IMG/VR virus record: IMGVR_UViG_3300028048_000102
Location: 31,568 to 95,567 of that record
Source: a virus
Lineage: Duplodnaviria > Caudoviricetes
Length of the DNA: 64,000 bases
Direction: 5' to 3' (one strand)
The notes beneath the pieces are model-generated. The model was given only the letters and a program-made list of their open reading frames with translations. It did no database searches and had not been told where the DNA came from. Each line of letters opens with the position of its first letter. The first letter of the stretch is position 1. Positions 48,335 through 58,000 of this stretch are shown here, one piece after another. Position numbers and translations under genes: made by a program.

Positions 48335-48784
48335 ATGATTTTAGATGATATTCTTGAAAGTGATGAAATGATTACAGATCCAATTGGCCAGCTTTCTGGT
48401 AGTTGTATTCAGGATGCAAATGCATTGATTGAGGCTTACATTTATGACACCATTACTTCCATGGGTGAAGATTATACTCGTCAGTTCCTTGAGAGTGAAG
48501 AGTGCAAGGCTCTGGAAGAAGCTGGTGTTCTTGGTAAGAAGACCATTGTACGTATGACTAAGGTAGATGACCTGTCTCGCCGTATTAAGCTGGCTGTACT
48601 TCAGAAGGCTAAGGAGGATCGTGATCCTAACTATCTGATGCTGAAGAAAGTTATTGCTAAGAAGAAGGATCTGTCCGCTAAGTTGATGGCTAAGTACAGA
48701 GGCCGTGTTAAGAATGATGCTATTAAGTCTCAGCGTGCTCTTATGAAGATTAGCCCTAGCTACTTTACTCGTCCAATTCGCTAA
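48335..48784 (+). CDS. MILD-tag protein, acidic N-half and basic C-half (putative head-internal protein)
   Basis: MILDDILE; ALEE followed by a K/R-rich region; AACA-N6-TA at 48278-48289. Confidence 0.75.
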   Translation: MILDDILESDEMITDPIGQLSGSCIQDANALIEAYIYDTITSMGEDYTRQFLESEECKALEEAGVLGKKTIVRMTKVDDLSRRIKLAVLQKAKEDRDPNYLMLKKVIAKKKDLSAKLMAKYRGRVKNDAIKSQRALMKISPSYFTRPIR

Positions 48785-48798
48785 TAAAAAAAAAATAT

Positions 48799-48824
48799 TC
48801 CCCATACCCAATTGGGTATGGGGA
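48799..48824. terminator. bidirectional hairpin
   Basis: TCCCCATACCCA / TGGGTATGGGGA between convergent genes. Confidence 0.75.
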
Positions 48825-48831
48825 TATCTTA

Positions 48832-49455
48832 TCATGCTTTAGACCAAATTTCTGTATCTTTTAAATTATCTTTAGATAATTGTAAAGAACCTATTTGAAG
48901 TCTTCTAACTTGACAAATGATTCTCTCATTCTTAACATCATCAAGAGTTTTAAATGTATTTTCACTTGTATCTAATACATAATTATCATTATAGTATATA
49001 AATAAAGTATAATCTTCTTTTGCTACCAGAATATCTCCTTTCTGTAATTCAGGCAAATACATTTTATCTTTTAAACATTCTTCACATGGTCTTTCTGAAT
49101 TACACTTATTTTTACATCTATCTAAAAACTCTAAAGTCATTCTAAAATTTAAATCCTTAAGATAATCATATTTAGTATAACAATGAATATTACAGCTTTT
49201 TCCTTCAAAGTTTTTAATATATTGTACTTCTCCATCATCTATTAGAGTCATATTCTCTAATTCTGAATAACGTAATGATGAAAATTCTGTTATCATATCT
49301 TCTTTAGTCATATCTTTTTCCTCCTCATTAGTTACAGCTTTAGGAAACTCAGGGTAATCATCATATATTCGACCTTCATATATTTTATTTAATAATGGTG
49401 GCCCAGGATTATGATCCCTCTTATAAATAGGCCTTATATTATCTCCAATAAACAT
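48832..49455 (-). CDS. hypothetical (putative early) protein
   Basis: SD AGGAGG; early motif at 49483-49502. Confidence 0.75.
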   Translation of the reverse strand: MFIGDNIRPIYKRDHNPGPPLLNKIYEGRIYDDYPEFPKAVTNEEEKDMTKEDMITEFSSLRYSELENMTLIDDGEVQYIKNFEGKSCNIHCYTKYDYLKDLNFRMTLEFLDRCKNKCNSERPCEECLKDKMYLPELQKGDILVAKEDYTLFIYYNDNYVLDTSENTFKTLDDVKNERIICQVRRLQIGSLQLSKDNLKDTEIWSKA

Positions 49456-49557
49456 TTTATTTTCTCCTCCTTTTAGTACTTACTCATATATATAGTATAT
49501 TTTTAAAATATATTTTAAAAAATAAAAGCGTGGAAAGATCCACGCTAATATTTTTTT

Positions 49558-49830
49558 TTAACTTAGTGGAAATGCAATATCGAGTCCATCATCTAAATCT
49601 AAAAAAGTTTCAAATCCAAGGGAAGCTGCATCATCTTTGATTTCCCTTATTTCTTTCATAGATATATCTTCTAATACCCTCCCATCTACAGGGAAGCAAA
49701 TGCCAGTCCACTTCTCCTGTCCCATTATTTCCTCTTTAAAACATGAAATTATTCTTTTAGCGGCTTCTTTTTTGTTTCCACTATAAGTTTTAATCTTTTC
49801 TTCTAATTCTGCTATCATTCTTTCTTTCAT
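49558..49830 (-). CDS. hypothetical (putative early) protein
   Basis: Start revised to MKERMIAE at 49830; early motif at 49900-49919. Confidence 0.65.
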   Translation of the reverse strand: MKERMIAELEEKIKTYSGNKKEAAKRIISCFKEEIMGQEKWTGICFPVDGRVLEDISMKEIREIKDDAASLGFETFLDLDDGLDIAFPLS

Positions 49831-49984
49831 TTTAATTCCCTTTACCTTTCTGCCCATCTGGGCTATAAAAATAATTTTCAGTAGATATGGTTTTCTCATA
49901 TCATATATATAGTATATTTCTTTTTTTTGACTTTTACAAAACAAGGGCATTTCTCTCAGACCATTGAATAAGGAGTGATGAGAA

Positions 49985-50692
49985 ATGAGAAATCCTAATA
50001 ACATCCAAGTTATTACAGAAGGAAATTCAGCTCCTTCAAGAGTCTATAAAATTTCAAATGTCCCAGAGTATGACTACGAAGACTATAATTTGTATGATCA
50101 TAAGCAATTTAAGAAGTATATAGATGATATAGAAAGAAACTGCAGATTTTCATTTGAATATAATAGATGGGTATATTTTCTTAGAGAAAATATGAACATG
50201 AATTCATGTTCCATCTATCAAATGGTATCTAATAGGGAAACTTTCAAAATCAAGATACATTTACATCATGATCCTCTTACTCTATTTGATATATGTATGG
50301 CAGTATATAAGAGAAGAGCAGCAGCTAAAGAAGATATATCTATAGATGCTGTATGTAATGAGGTTATGTATCAGCATTATATGATGAGAGTTGGTATAAT
50401 TCCATTATCTGAAACTGTACATGAATTAGTACATAATGGGTTTGGTTTTATTCCTACATATGCTGTATTTGGAAAGTATTGGGAGTTTGTAGATCTATAT
50501 TCTGAATGGATAGATGAACAAACTAAAGATACACTTAGTATGATAGAAGAAAAGAGTAAAACTTATAATATGGATGAATGGAAAGAACTACTGAGTACAA
50601 GTTTGATATACTTAGATACAAGTAATGCTTTTGATCAAGTTCCATTAGAAGATGTACAAAAGAGTATGAGAGAAAGAATAAATGAGTTATAG
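49985..50692 (+). CDS. phage protein with an HNH-like His pattern
   Basis: IHLHHDP ... PLSETVHELVH. Confidence 0.55.
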   Translation: MRNPNNIQVITEGNSAPSRVYKISNVPEYDYEDYNLYDHKQFKKYIDDIERNCRFSFEYNRWVYFLRENMNMNSCSIYQMVSNRETFKIKIHLHHDPLTLFDICMAVYKRRAAAKEDISIDAVCNEVMYQHYMMRVGIIPLSETVHELVHNGFGFIPTYAVFGKYWEFVDLYSEWIDEQTKDTLSMIEEKSKTYNMDEWKELLSTSLIYLDTSNAFDQVPLEDVQKSMRERINEL

Positions 50693-50708
50693 AAATTAGG
50701 TGAAATAA

Positions 50709-51425
50709 ATGAAGGTTAATGGAATAGAATACTATGATGTAATCGATTTTCGTGGGGGGGGGGAGAATATTGCTGCAAGTACTTACTTGGAGTATATGTT
50801 CTATCCTTATGGATCTAGCTATTATCAATCTAGTGGATTGATTATAAAAGAATTTTATGCTTCATATAGAAAATCTCCTAATGTAGATATATGGATAAAT
50901 TTTTCTCATAATGTAAATTCTTATTCTGGTAATGCTGTAAGAATTATTGGTGGTTATAGAAGAATTTCTAACTCAAAGATAAACTTAAATACATTATTAG
51001 ATAATAATATAAAAGTATTAAATTATAATCAAGCATATGAAGCTGGAAGATATTCTGGTGGTAATGATGAAGTAATGCTTGAAAGACATCATTCTATATC
51101 AGTTAGTACTATATCATATGGATTTGGAATAAGAATAGGAAGTCCAGAATATTCTCCAGTTATATATAGTACCCATATAACTACAGATACAGCATATTAT
51201 TATAAAAATGGAAATTATTTAGGAGCTACTTCATTTAATGGTGGATTTAAATATTTTTGTATTAATGGACAAGAATATGATAATGGAAGATCTAGCATAA
51301 AAGATTCTTCTTGTAATTCTACTATACAATGGATTACATTAACTGATCAAATAGCATTTAATGTGCCTAAGCCTCCAAATGTATTAGAAGAAAATAATGA
51401 TAATGTATATGGATGTAAAAACTAG
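50709..51425 (+). CDS. putative surface/lectin-like protein with an in-frame G10 tract; paralog of 40178..40870
   Basis: NGIEYYDVIDFRGGG; C-terminal EENNDNVYGCK. Confidence 0.7.
   Translation: MKVNGIEYYDVIDFRGGGENIAASTYLEYMFYPYGSSYYQSSGLIIKEFYASYRKSPNVDIWINFSHNVNSYSGNAVRIIGGYRRISNSKINLNTLLDNNIKVLNYNQAYEAGRYSGGNDEVMLERHHSISVSTISYGFGIRIGSPEYSPVIYSTHITTDTAYYYKNGNYLGATSFNGGFKYFCINGQEYDNGRSSIKDSSCNSTIQWITLTDQIAFNVPKPPNVLEENNDNVYGCKN
50754..50763 (+). repeat. G10 homopolymer in coding sequence
   Basis: Direct read; same codon position as the tract in 40178..40870. Confidence 0.9.
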
Positions 51426-51508
51426 TATTTATAATCAAAAAAAAACAATAGAGTAATTCTATGTAAGTAAATAGAATACATATAAAATATTTAAGGAGGA
51501 ATCATAAT

Positions 51509-51931
51509 ATGATTTTAGATGAAGTATTACAGGAATCTACATATGATACAGATAGTATGGTAGATATGTTTGTAGAAGGTTTTCTTTATGCATTAGAGAT
51601 GCAAGAAAATGGAGAAAAGGCTAGTAGTATGGAAGAATTGAGTTATAATCTTAGTGAAGCTGCTAATACTGCTATTAGTGAGTTAAGTGAACCATATCTT
51701 AGAGGTAAAGCTGAAAAAGCAAGTAAGAGTATGATGAAACATGAATTAAAAGCTAGAGAAATAGAATCTAAAAGAGGATCTTATGATAAGGCTCGGGATT
51801 TAGGTACAGATGAATTGGTTAAATATGGTAAAAGAACCGATCAAATGAATCTCCATAAAGCAGCAGCAGCTAAACGAGGCGGGCAGATGGTTAGAATAAT
51901 GAATCATATAGCAGAGAAAAATAAAAAATAA
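51509..51931 (+). CDS. MILD-tag protein with a basic C-terminal region
   Basis: Shares its N-terminal region and upstream DNA with 37276..37863. Confidence 0.75.
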   Translation: MILDEVLQESTYDTDSMVDMFVEGFLYALEMQENGEKASSMEELSYNLSEAANTAISELSEPYLRGKAEKASKSMMKHELKAREIESKRGSYDKARDLGTDELVKYGKRTDQMNLHKAAAAKRGGQMVRIMNHIAEKNKK

Positions 51932-51940
51932 TCATTTACT

Positions 51941-51966
51941 TCCCCTGTACCAATTGGTACAGGGGA
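51941..51966. terminator. hairpin, CCCCTGTACC variant
   Basis: TCCCCTGTACCA / TGGTACAGGGGA. Confidence 0.75.
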
Positions 51967-52030
51967 TTTATAGAGTAATTTCACCCTTCTTGGACAATAC
52001 TATAATCTTGGTAAGAGGAGGTAAAGGTGT

Positions 52031-55000
52031 ATGACTCCAGTCGTAGAATATATCAAAAATGTTGGTAAATCATTTGTATATACAACTGTAGAACAGTTGA
52101 AAATGGATATGCCAGCAACTAAAGAATTTATGGATTCTAATGAAGAACTCTTCAAAGATACATATCATTCCATAATGAATATACGACGGACTAAGAATCG
52201 GTTTGTTGCTTCTATAAAAAGAACTGGATTATATGAAGCTGCAGACTATGCATTTGATAATATTGTAGATTCTTTTAAGACTGGTAAATTTAATGATCCG
52301 TATCGTCAAGCTAAAGCAGATTCAGAAATGTTTGATTTTGGTGATTTTGAATCTGGCGATAGTGATATGTCTATAAGTAACCTTGGCGATTCCACAAGTA
52401 CTGGTGGATCAATGGATGAAAATACCAAGGCTGTTCTTGATTCTGGTGCAGCAAATGCTAAAACTGTATCTACTGCAACTCTTGAGTCTGCTAGATATAT
52501 AGCAGGAGTATCTAAAGCAAATACTTCTTTATTATTCAATCAGACTTTACAAATGAATCAAACTTTATCTGCTGGATTTAGTGGATTAAATGCTGGTATG
52601 GATTCATTAAATAAGTTTAATATTGAAGTAGTACAAACTTTAGCTCAGAATGCAACTACATTTTTCCAAAAGACTACAGATATATTGAAAGAAAATAATG
52701 CTATGTTCAAGGAATTCCTTGAAATGCAAAGAAATCTATATAGAAAAGAAAATGAAGAAACTAAAGGTCATGATCTTGAAGATGTATTAGGTGTTAATGG
52801 TACACCTAATCTTAAAGCATATAAGAATATGATTCTTAAGAATATTAAGAATGAAGTAGGAGAATACTTTGGAGTAGATTTAGAGTCTATATTAGATGGA
52901 CCAATGCTAAAATCTATGATGGCTAATCCATTATCAGCTATTCCAGGAATAATGATGAGTGCTGCTATGGGTCCTATGCTCAGAGTATCACTTAAGAAAA
53001 TGGATGATACTATTAGTGGATTATTCACAAACTTTTTAGCAAAGATGACATTTAATGCTAATGATGATAATGCTCCTTGGTATAAGCAATTATTTGGAAA
53101 GATATTTGGAGCTCATTATTTAGATAAATCTGGTATTAGAACCGAAAATACTAAAAATGGCCCTACTCCATTTGATTTTCAAACTAAAAGAGCAATTACT
53201 GAAGTAATACCTGGGTATTTAGCTCGAATTGAAGCGGGTATTACTGGAAACTCTCCGAAATTATATGATGATAGATCTGGTAAATGGACTGATATTAAGA
53301 CTGTTAAGAGACAGTTTGAAAATCAGCAAGAATCTAATAAATTACAAGGCTCATCTGAATTAAATTATGAAATGAATAGAAATATGAGAGATAGTAATTT
53401 AGATGAAAAAATTATCAAGATCATGAATCAAGCTATGGAAAAAGTAGCTAAACAAAGATATGCTGATAATGGTCATTTAGAAACTTTTGATGGTGATATT
53501 TCTAAATTTGCTGATTATTATGGATTAGATGAAAAAGTTGCAAAATTATTTGCAGAATTATATAATAGTACTTCTAAAGAAACCAGATCAAAAACTGCTG
53601 GAAATATTATACAATCAAAACTTCAAAATATTAGATCTTTAAAAGATGAAGAGAAACTTGGAAATCAAAGTTTATATCGTCAATTATTTACTGAAGGTTT
53701 TGATGATATAGCTGAAAATATTGGTGGTGCATTTGATCTCAATAATATGAGTGATAAACATGGTGCTACTGTATTTGATTACTTGCGTTCTATTGATATA
53801 AATACTAGCAATATTGGTGCTGGAAAAGGTAAAAAGAGAAAGGGTAAAGGAACTTGGAAAGATAAACAAAATACTCCTGTTCTTGATACTATAGAGGAAG
53901 AAGAAAATTATAATACTTTAGATATTGATGAAGATCAAATGAATGAATTAGCTCAGCGTATTGCTGAAGCTGGTAAAACTAATAGAGATTTAGATTTACA
54001 GTTAAAATTAAAAGATAAAGAAACTAATATCACTGATCATATAGCTGAATTATTAGATAACTTAGATGAATTAGTTCATATCAATGATATGAAATATAAA
54101 GGAAATTTTGGTACTAAGTATATTACTAATAATAAAACTCTTCAGGATTTAATCAAAAAGGCTCAAGTTCCAGGAAATACACTGGCTAAATTAATAGATA
54201 AAGCAAATAATAAACTTGATGATGGAGCTGATATACCAGTAGTACCATCTTATTCAGATGGAGCAGTTGAAGTAAAACGTAGTGGAATTGGTATATTCTC
54301 TGGAGGAGAAATTATAATTCCAAATGCATCTGAAAAACAAAGAAAGCTTGATGCTATAAATGAAGAAAAGATTCGTCAAAAATTTATTAGTCAAGCTAAA
54401 GATGCTCCAGCTTTTTCAGAAGGTGGAGAATATAAGACTGATGATAATCAAAAGCCTAAAAAGCCAACTATGAATTCTTTTGTAAAAGATGTAAAAGGCT
54501 GGGTTGGAAATTTAAAATCTGAAATTGATGGTGAAGCAGTAGGTATAGATTCTGTATATAATCGTATAAAAGAAATTATAATCGGTGATAGTGATAAAGA
54601 GACTAAGGAAGCTGTAAAGAAAGTAGAAGATGAAATTAAAAGTAAAGTACCTAATGCTGCTACTGGAGGAGTGCTTGGTGCTATTGGTGGTACAATGATT
54701 GGTGGTCCATTAGTAGGTGCTGTATTAGGTAGTGCTTTAGGTATTGCTTCTAGTACTGAAACTGTACAATCAGCATTATTTGGTGATAAGATTCTTGATG
54801 AAAATGGTAATGATACTGGTAAAAGAGATAACGCTGGTGCTTTCTCCCAAGAAGCTCAGAAAACTATGAAGAAATATTTGCCAGATATGAAAAAGTTTGG
54901 TATTGGTGGAGCATTGCTCGGAATGTTTACTCCATTTGGTATTCTTGGTGGAGCTTTAATGGGGTCTGCTGTTGGATTTATTAAAAATAATGAACAAGCT

Positions 55001-58000
55001 CAAGAAACTTTATTTGGTAAAGATGGGCTGATTCCTGAAGATGCTCAACAGAAACTCAAGAAATATTTCCCTTCTGCTGCTAAAGGTGGAGCTGCTGCAT
55101 TATTCCTTGGATTAGCTGGTGGACTTGGCGGAGTTCCATTACTTGGTGTAGCTGCATTAGGTGCTGGAGCTGGTCTTCTAACTACTACTGATGAATTTAA
55201 AGATGAGATACTTGGTAAAAAGGGTAAAGATGGCAAACGTCATGGCGGTGTTCTTGAAGAATTTAAAAAGACTGTTACAAGTCCTTTCAAGAAATTCGGG
55301 AAAGATATGACTGATGGATTTAAGAAATGGTTTAAAGAAGACATTGCTGCTCCTGTAGTTAGTGCTATGGCTCCTATGGGAAAACAAATGGCTTTGATGG
55401 CTAAAGATACAATAAAATTAGGTAAGAAACTTGTTAAAGGAATAATGGCTGGCAATACTGGAATTCCGTTAATAGATAATATCATGGGTTCTAAAGTTGG
55501 TCAATTCGCTAGAAAATGGGGTAAAAAGCTTGGTGGAGGAGCATTATCTGGTGTTAAATGGTTAGCGTCTGCTCCATCTAAACTTATTGGAAAATTTGGA
55601 GATAAGCTTAGAGAACGTCAAATCAGAATGGGTAATGCTGATTATATGACAGCAGAAGGAAGAATGAACTTCATGGCTGATAAAGGCGATTATGAAGGTA
55701 GAGCCACTGATGAATTATTAGCTGGTATGAGGCTTGATCATTTAGAGCAATATAAAGATATTACTAAATCTCTTAAAGAAGGCCCAGAGCATTTTGATGA
55801 GAATATAAGAGATATAAAGAAAAATTTGGGTAAATCTTTATCTCAGTCTTTAAATGGTAGAATAAATAATAGTGCAGCTAAAGAATTATCTAAATTAGTT
55901 AATAATGGTAAACTTGAAGAAGCTCAAGATTATTTATCTAAGCTCGATATTCCTAAAAATAAGAAAGCTGAATTAGCTAAGATGATTCAGAATGCTGCTA
56001 CTGGTATAAAAGAATCTGAATATAAACGTGATAATTTCGAAGAGCATAGATCAAAATCATTTGATAAACTTAGTAAATTATTTGGCCAAGATATAAATGA
56101 ATCTAATGTAGATAAGATTAATGATTACTTAAATAAAGAATATGATGCTCGTACTAAAGAAGATGAAGAATTTAAAGAATTAACTGAAGAAGATAAACTT
56201 GCTGATGTTATTGCTGGTAAATCTGATGAGCAAATTAGTGAGTTGCAAGAACTTAATGAAACTGCCAAATTAATTAAAGAATTAATTGGTGGTAGTATTG
56301 ATTTAACTAGTGAACAAAAAGCTTCATTAAATAAATACGCTGAATCTGGTAAGAAAATAATGGATAAAACTGTTGGAGCTGCTGATAAAGCTAATAGACA
56401 ACGTCAAACGGCAATGTCAAAATTATTTGGAGATAAAGGCTTAGATAGAAATACTAGAGATAAAATTAGAAATGATGATAGTGGTAAATTTACTGCTCAG
56501 CTTACAAAGTTCCATAAAACTGGTGCTTCTAAAATAATAGATGCTAATTACTTCTCATCACTTGATAGTGAGACTAGAGATTTGTATAATACATTATCTG
56601 AACAAGGTTATGTAATAGAAAATATAGATGTGATAGCTAAACTTTCTTCTACTAAGAAAGAAAAATTACTTAAACTTACTTCTGCTGGATTTAAAGTAGA
56701 AAGTATTAGAGATCTTACTAATTTAAAAGATGATGATATAGAGATGATTACAAAAATAATCAAATATCCTGAGATGCAGAAATTGCCTCAGAAAACTTTG
56801 ATTCGTTTTGCTAGTAAATACGGTAATAGATTCTTAAATGATGAGAAATATAGAAAAGAAGTACTTACTGATGCTGCAACTAAAGGCAAAAGCTTTACTG
56901 GAAAAATAGCTGAAGATAATTTACATAAAAATCCTGATTATATGAGTGCCAGTGAGCGTTCAGCTTTTATGGAGTCTAAAGGTAAAGGTTATGAGTCTAA
57001 AGAAGAAAAAGAAACCGAATCTCAGAAACCAGAAGATATTAAAACATATTCTTTAGGTGGTCTTATTAAATCTGCTGGTGCAGCTATTGTTTCTAAAGGT
57101 GAAAAGATTCTTAAAGCAGGTTCGAAAGCTGCTAAGAATTGGGCTAAGAATAAGATTAAAGAGAAATTTGAAAACTCTGCTGTTGGTAGAGTATATAAGA
57201 AAGCTACTAATCTTAAAGCTACTGTATCTAATGCATTATCTGCTAATGGCGAAGCTAGTGGTATGACTATGACTAAAGGTGCAGATGGTAAACAAGTAGC
57301 TGCTAATACTAAAGAAAATGCTGATATTAAGAAAGCTGAACAACAAAAAGAATCTATGCAGAATGATAATAATGCTACTTTACATCAATTAGTAGAAATC
57401 AATCAGCAAATTGCTGCTAATACTACTCCTGCTGAAGAAAAACCAGGAGGAGGAATGTTAGGTAGTTTATTAACATTACTTGGAACTTGGCTTTTACCTA
57501 AACTTTTAAAGGGATTTAAATGGTTTAAGGATGCATGGAATAAAGGTAAAAAAATTGTTACAAAAATATCTGAATGGGTTGGTAAGATTCCTACATTAAT
57601 TGATGATGGCATAAAATTTATTAAAGAAATACCTACAAAAATAAAAGAATTCTTTGGTAAAGTTCCTGAATTAATTGATGATGGAGTAAAATTTATTAAA
57701 GCTATACCTGATAAGATTGATGATACTATAAAATTTATTAAAGAAATTCCTACTAAAATAGGAGAGGGTTTAACTACTTTAGGAAATAGAATAATGAAAT
57801 TCTTTGATTTCTTACCAGGTGCACCTAAAGTCATTGAAGAAACAGGGAAAGTTGTTAAAGAAACTGGAGAGGCTGTTAAAGGTGCTGAAGAAGCTGGTAA
57901 AGTTGTTAAAGAAACTGGAGAGGCTGTTAAAGGTGCTGAAGAAGCTGGTAAAGTTGTTACTGAAGTTACAGAAGGTTCTAGTCTATTATCTAAAGCTAAA

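Noticed and set aside
49985-50692. Mobile HNH homing endonuclease or intron
   Set aside because: Only a loose His pattern; it does not interrupt a gene and no intron structure is evident.
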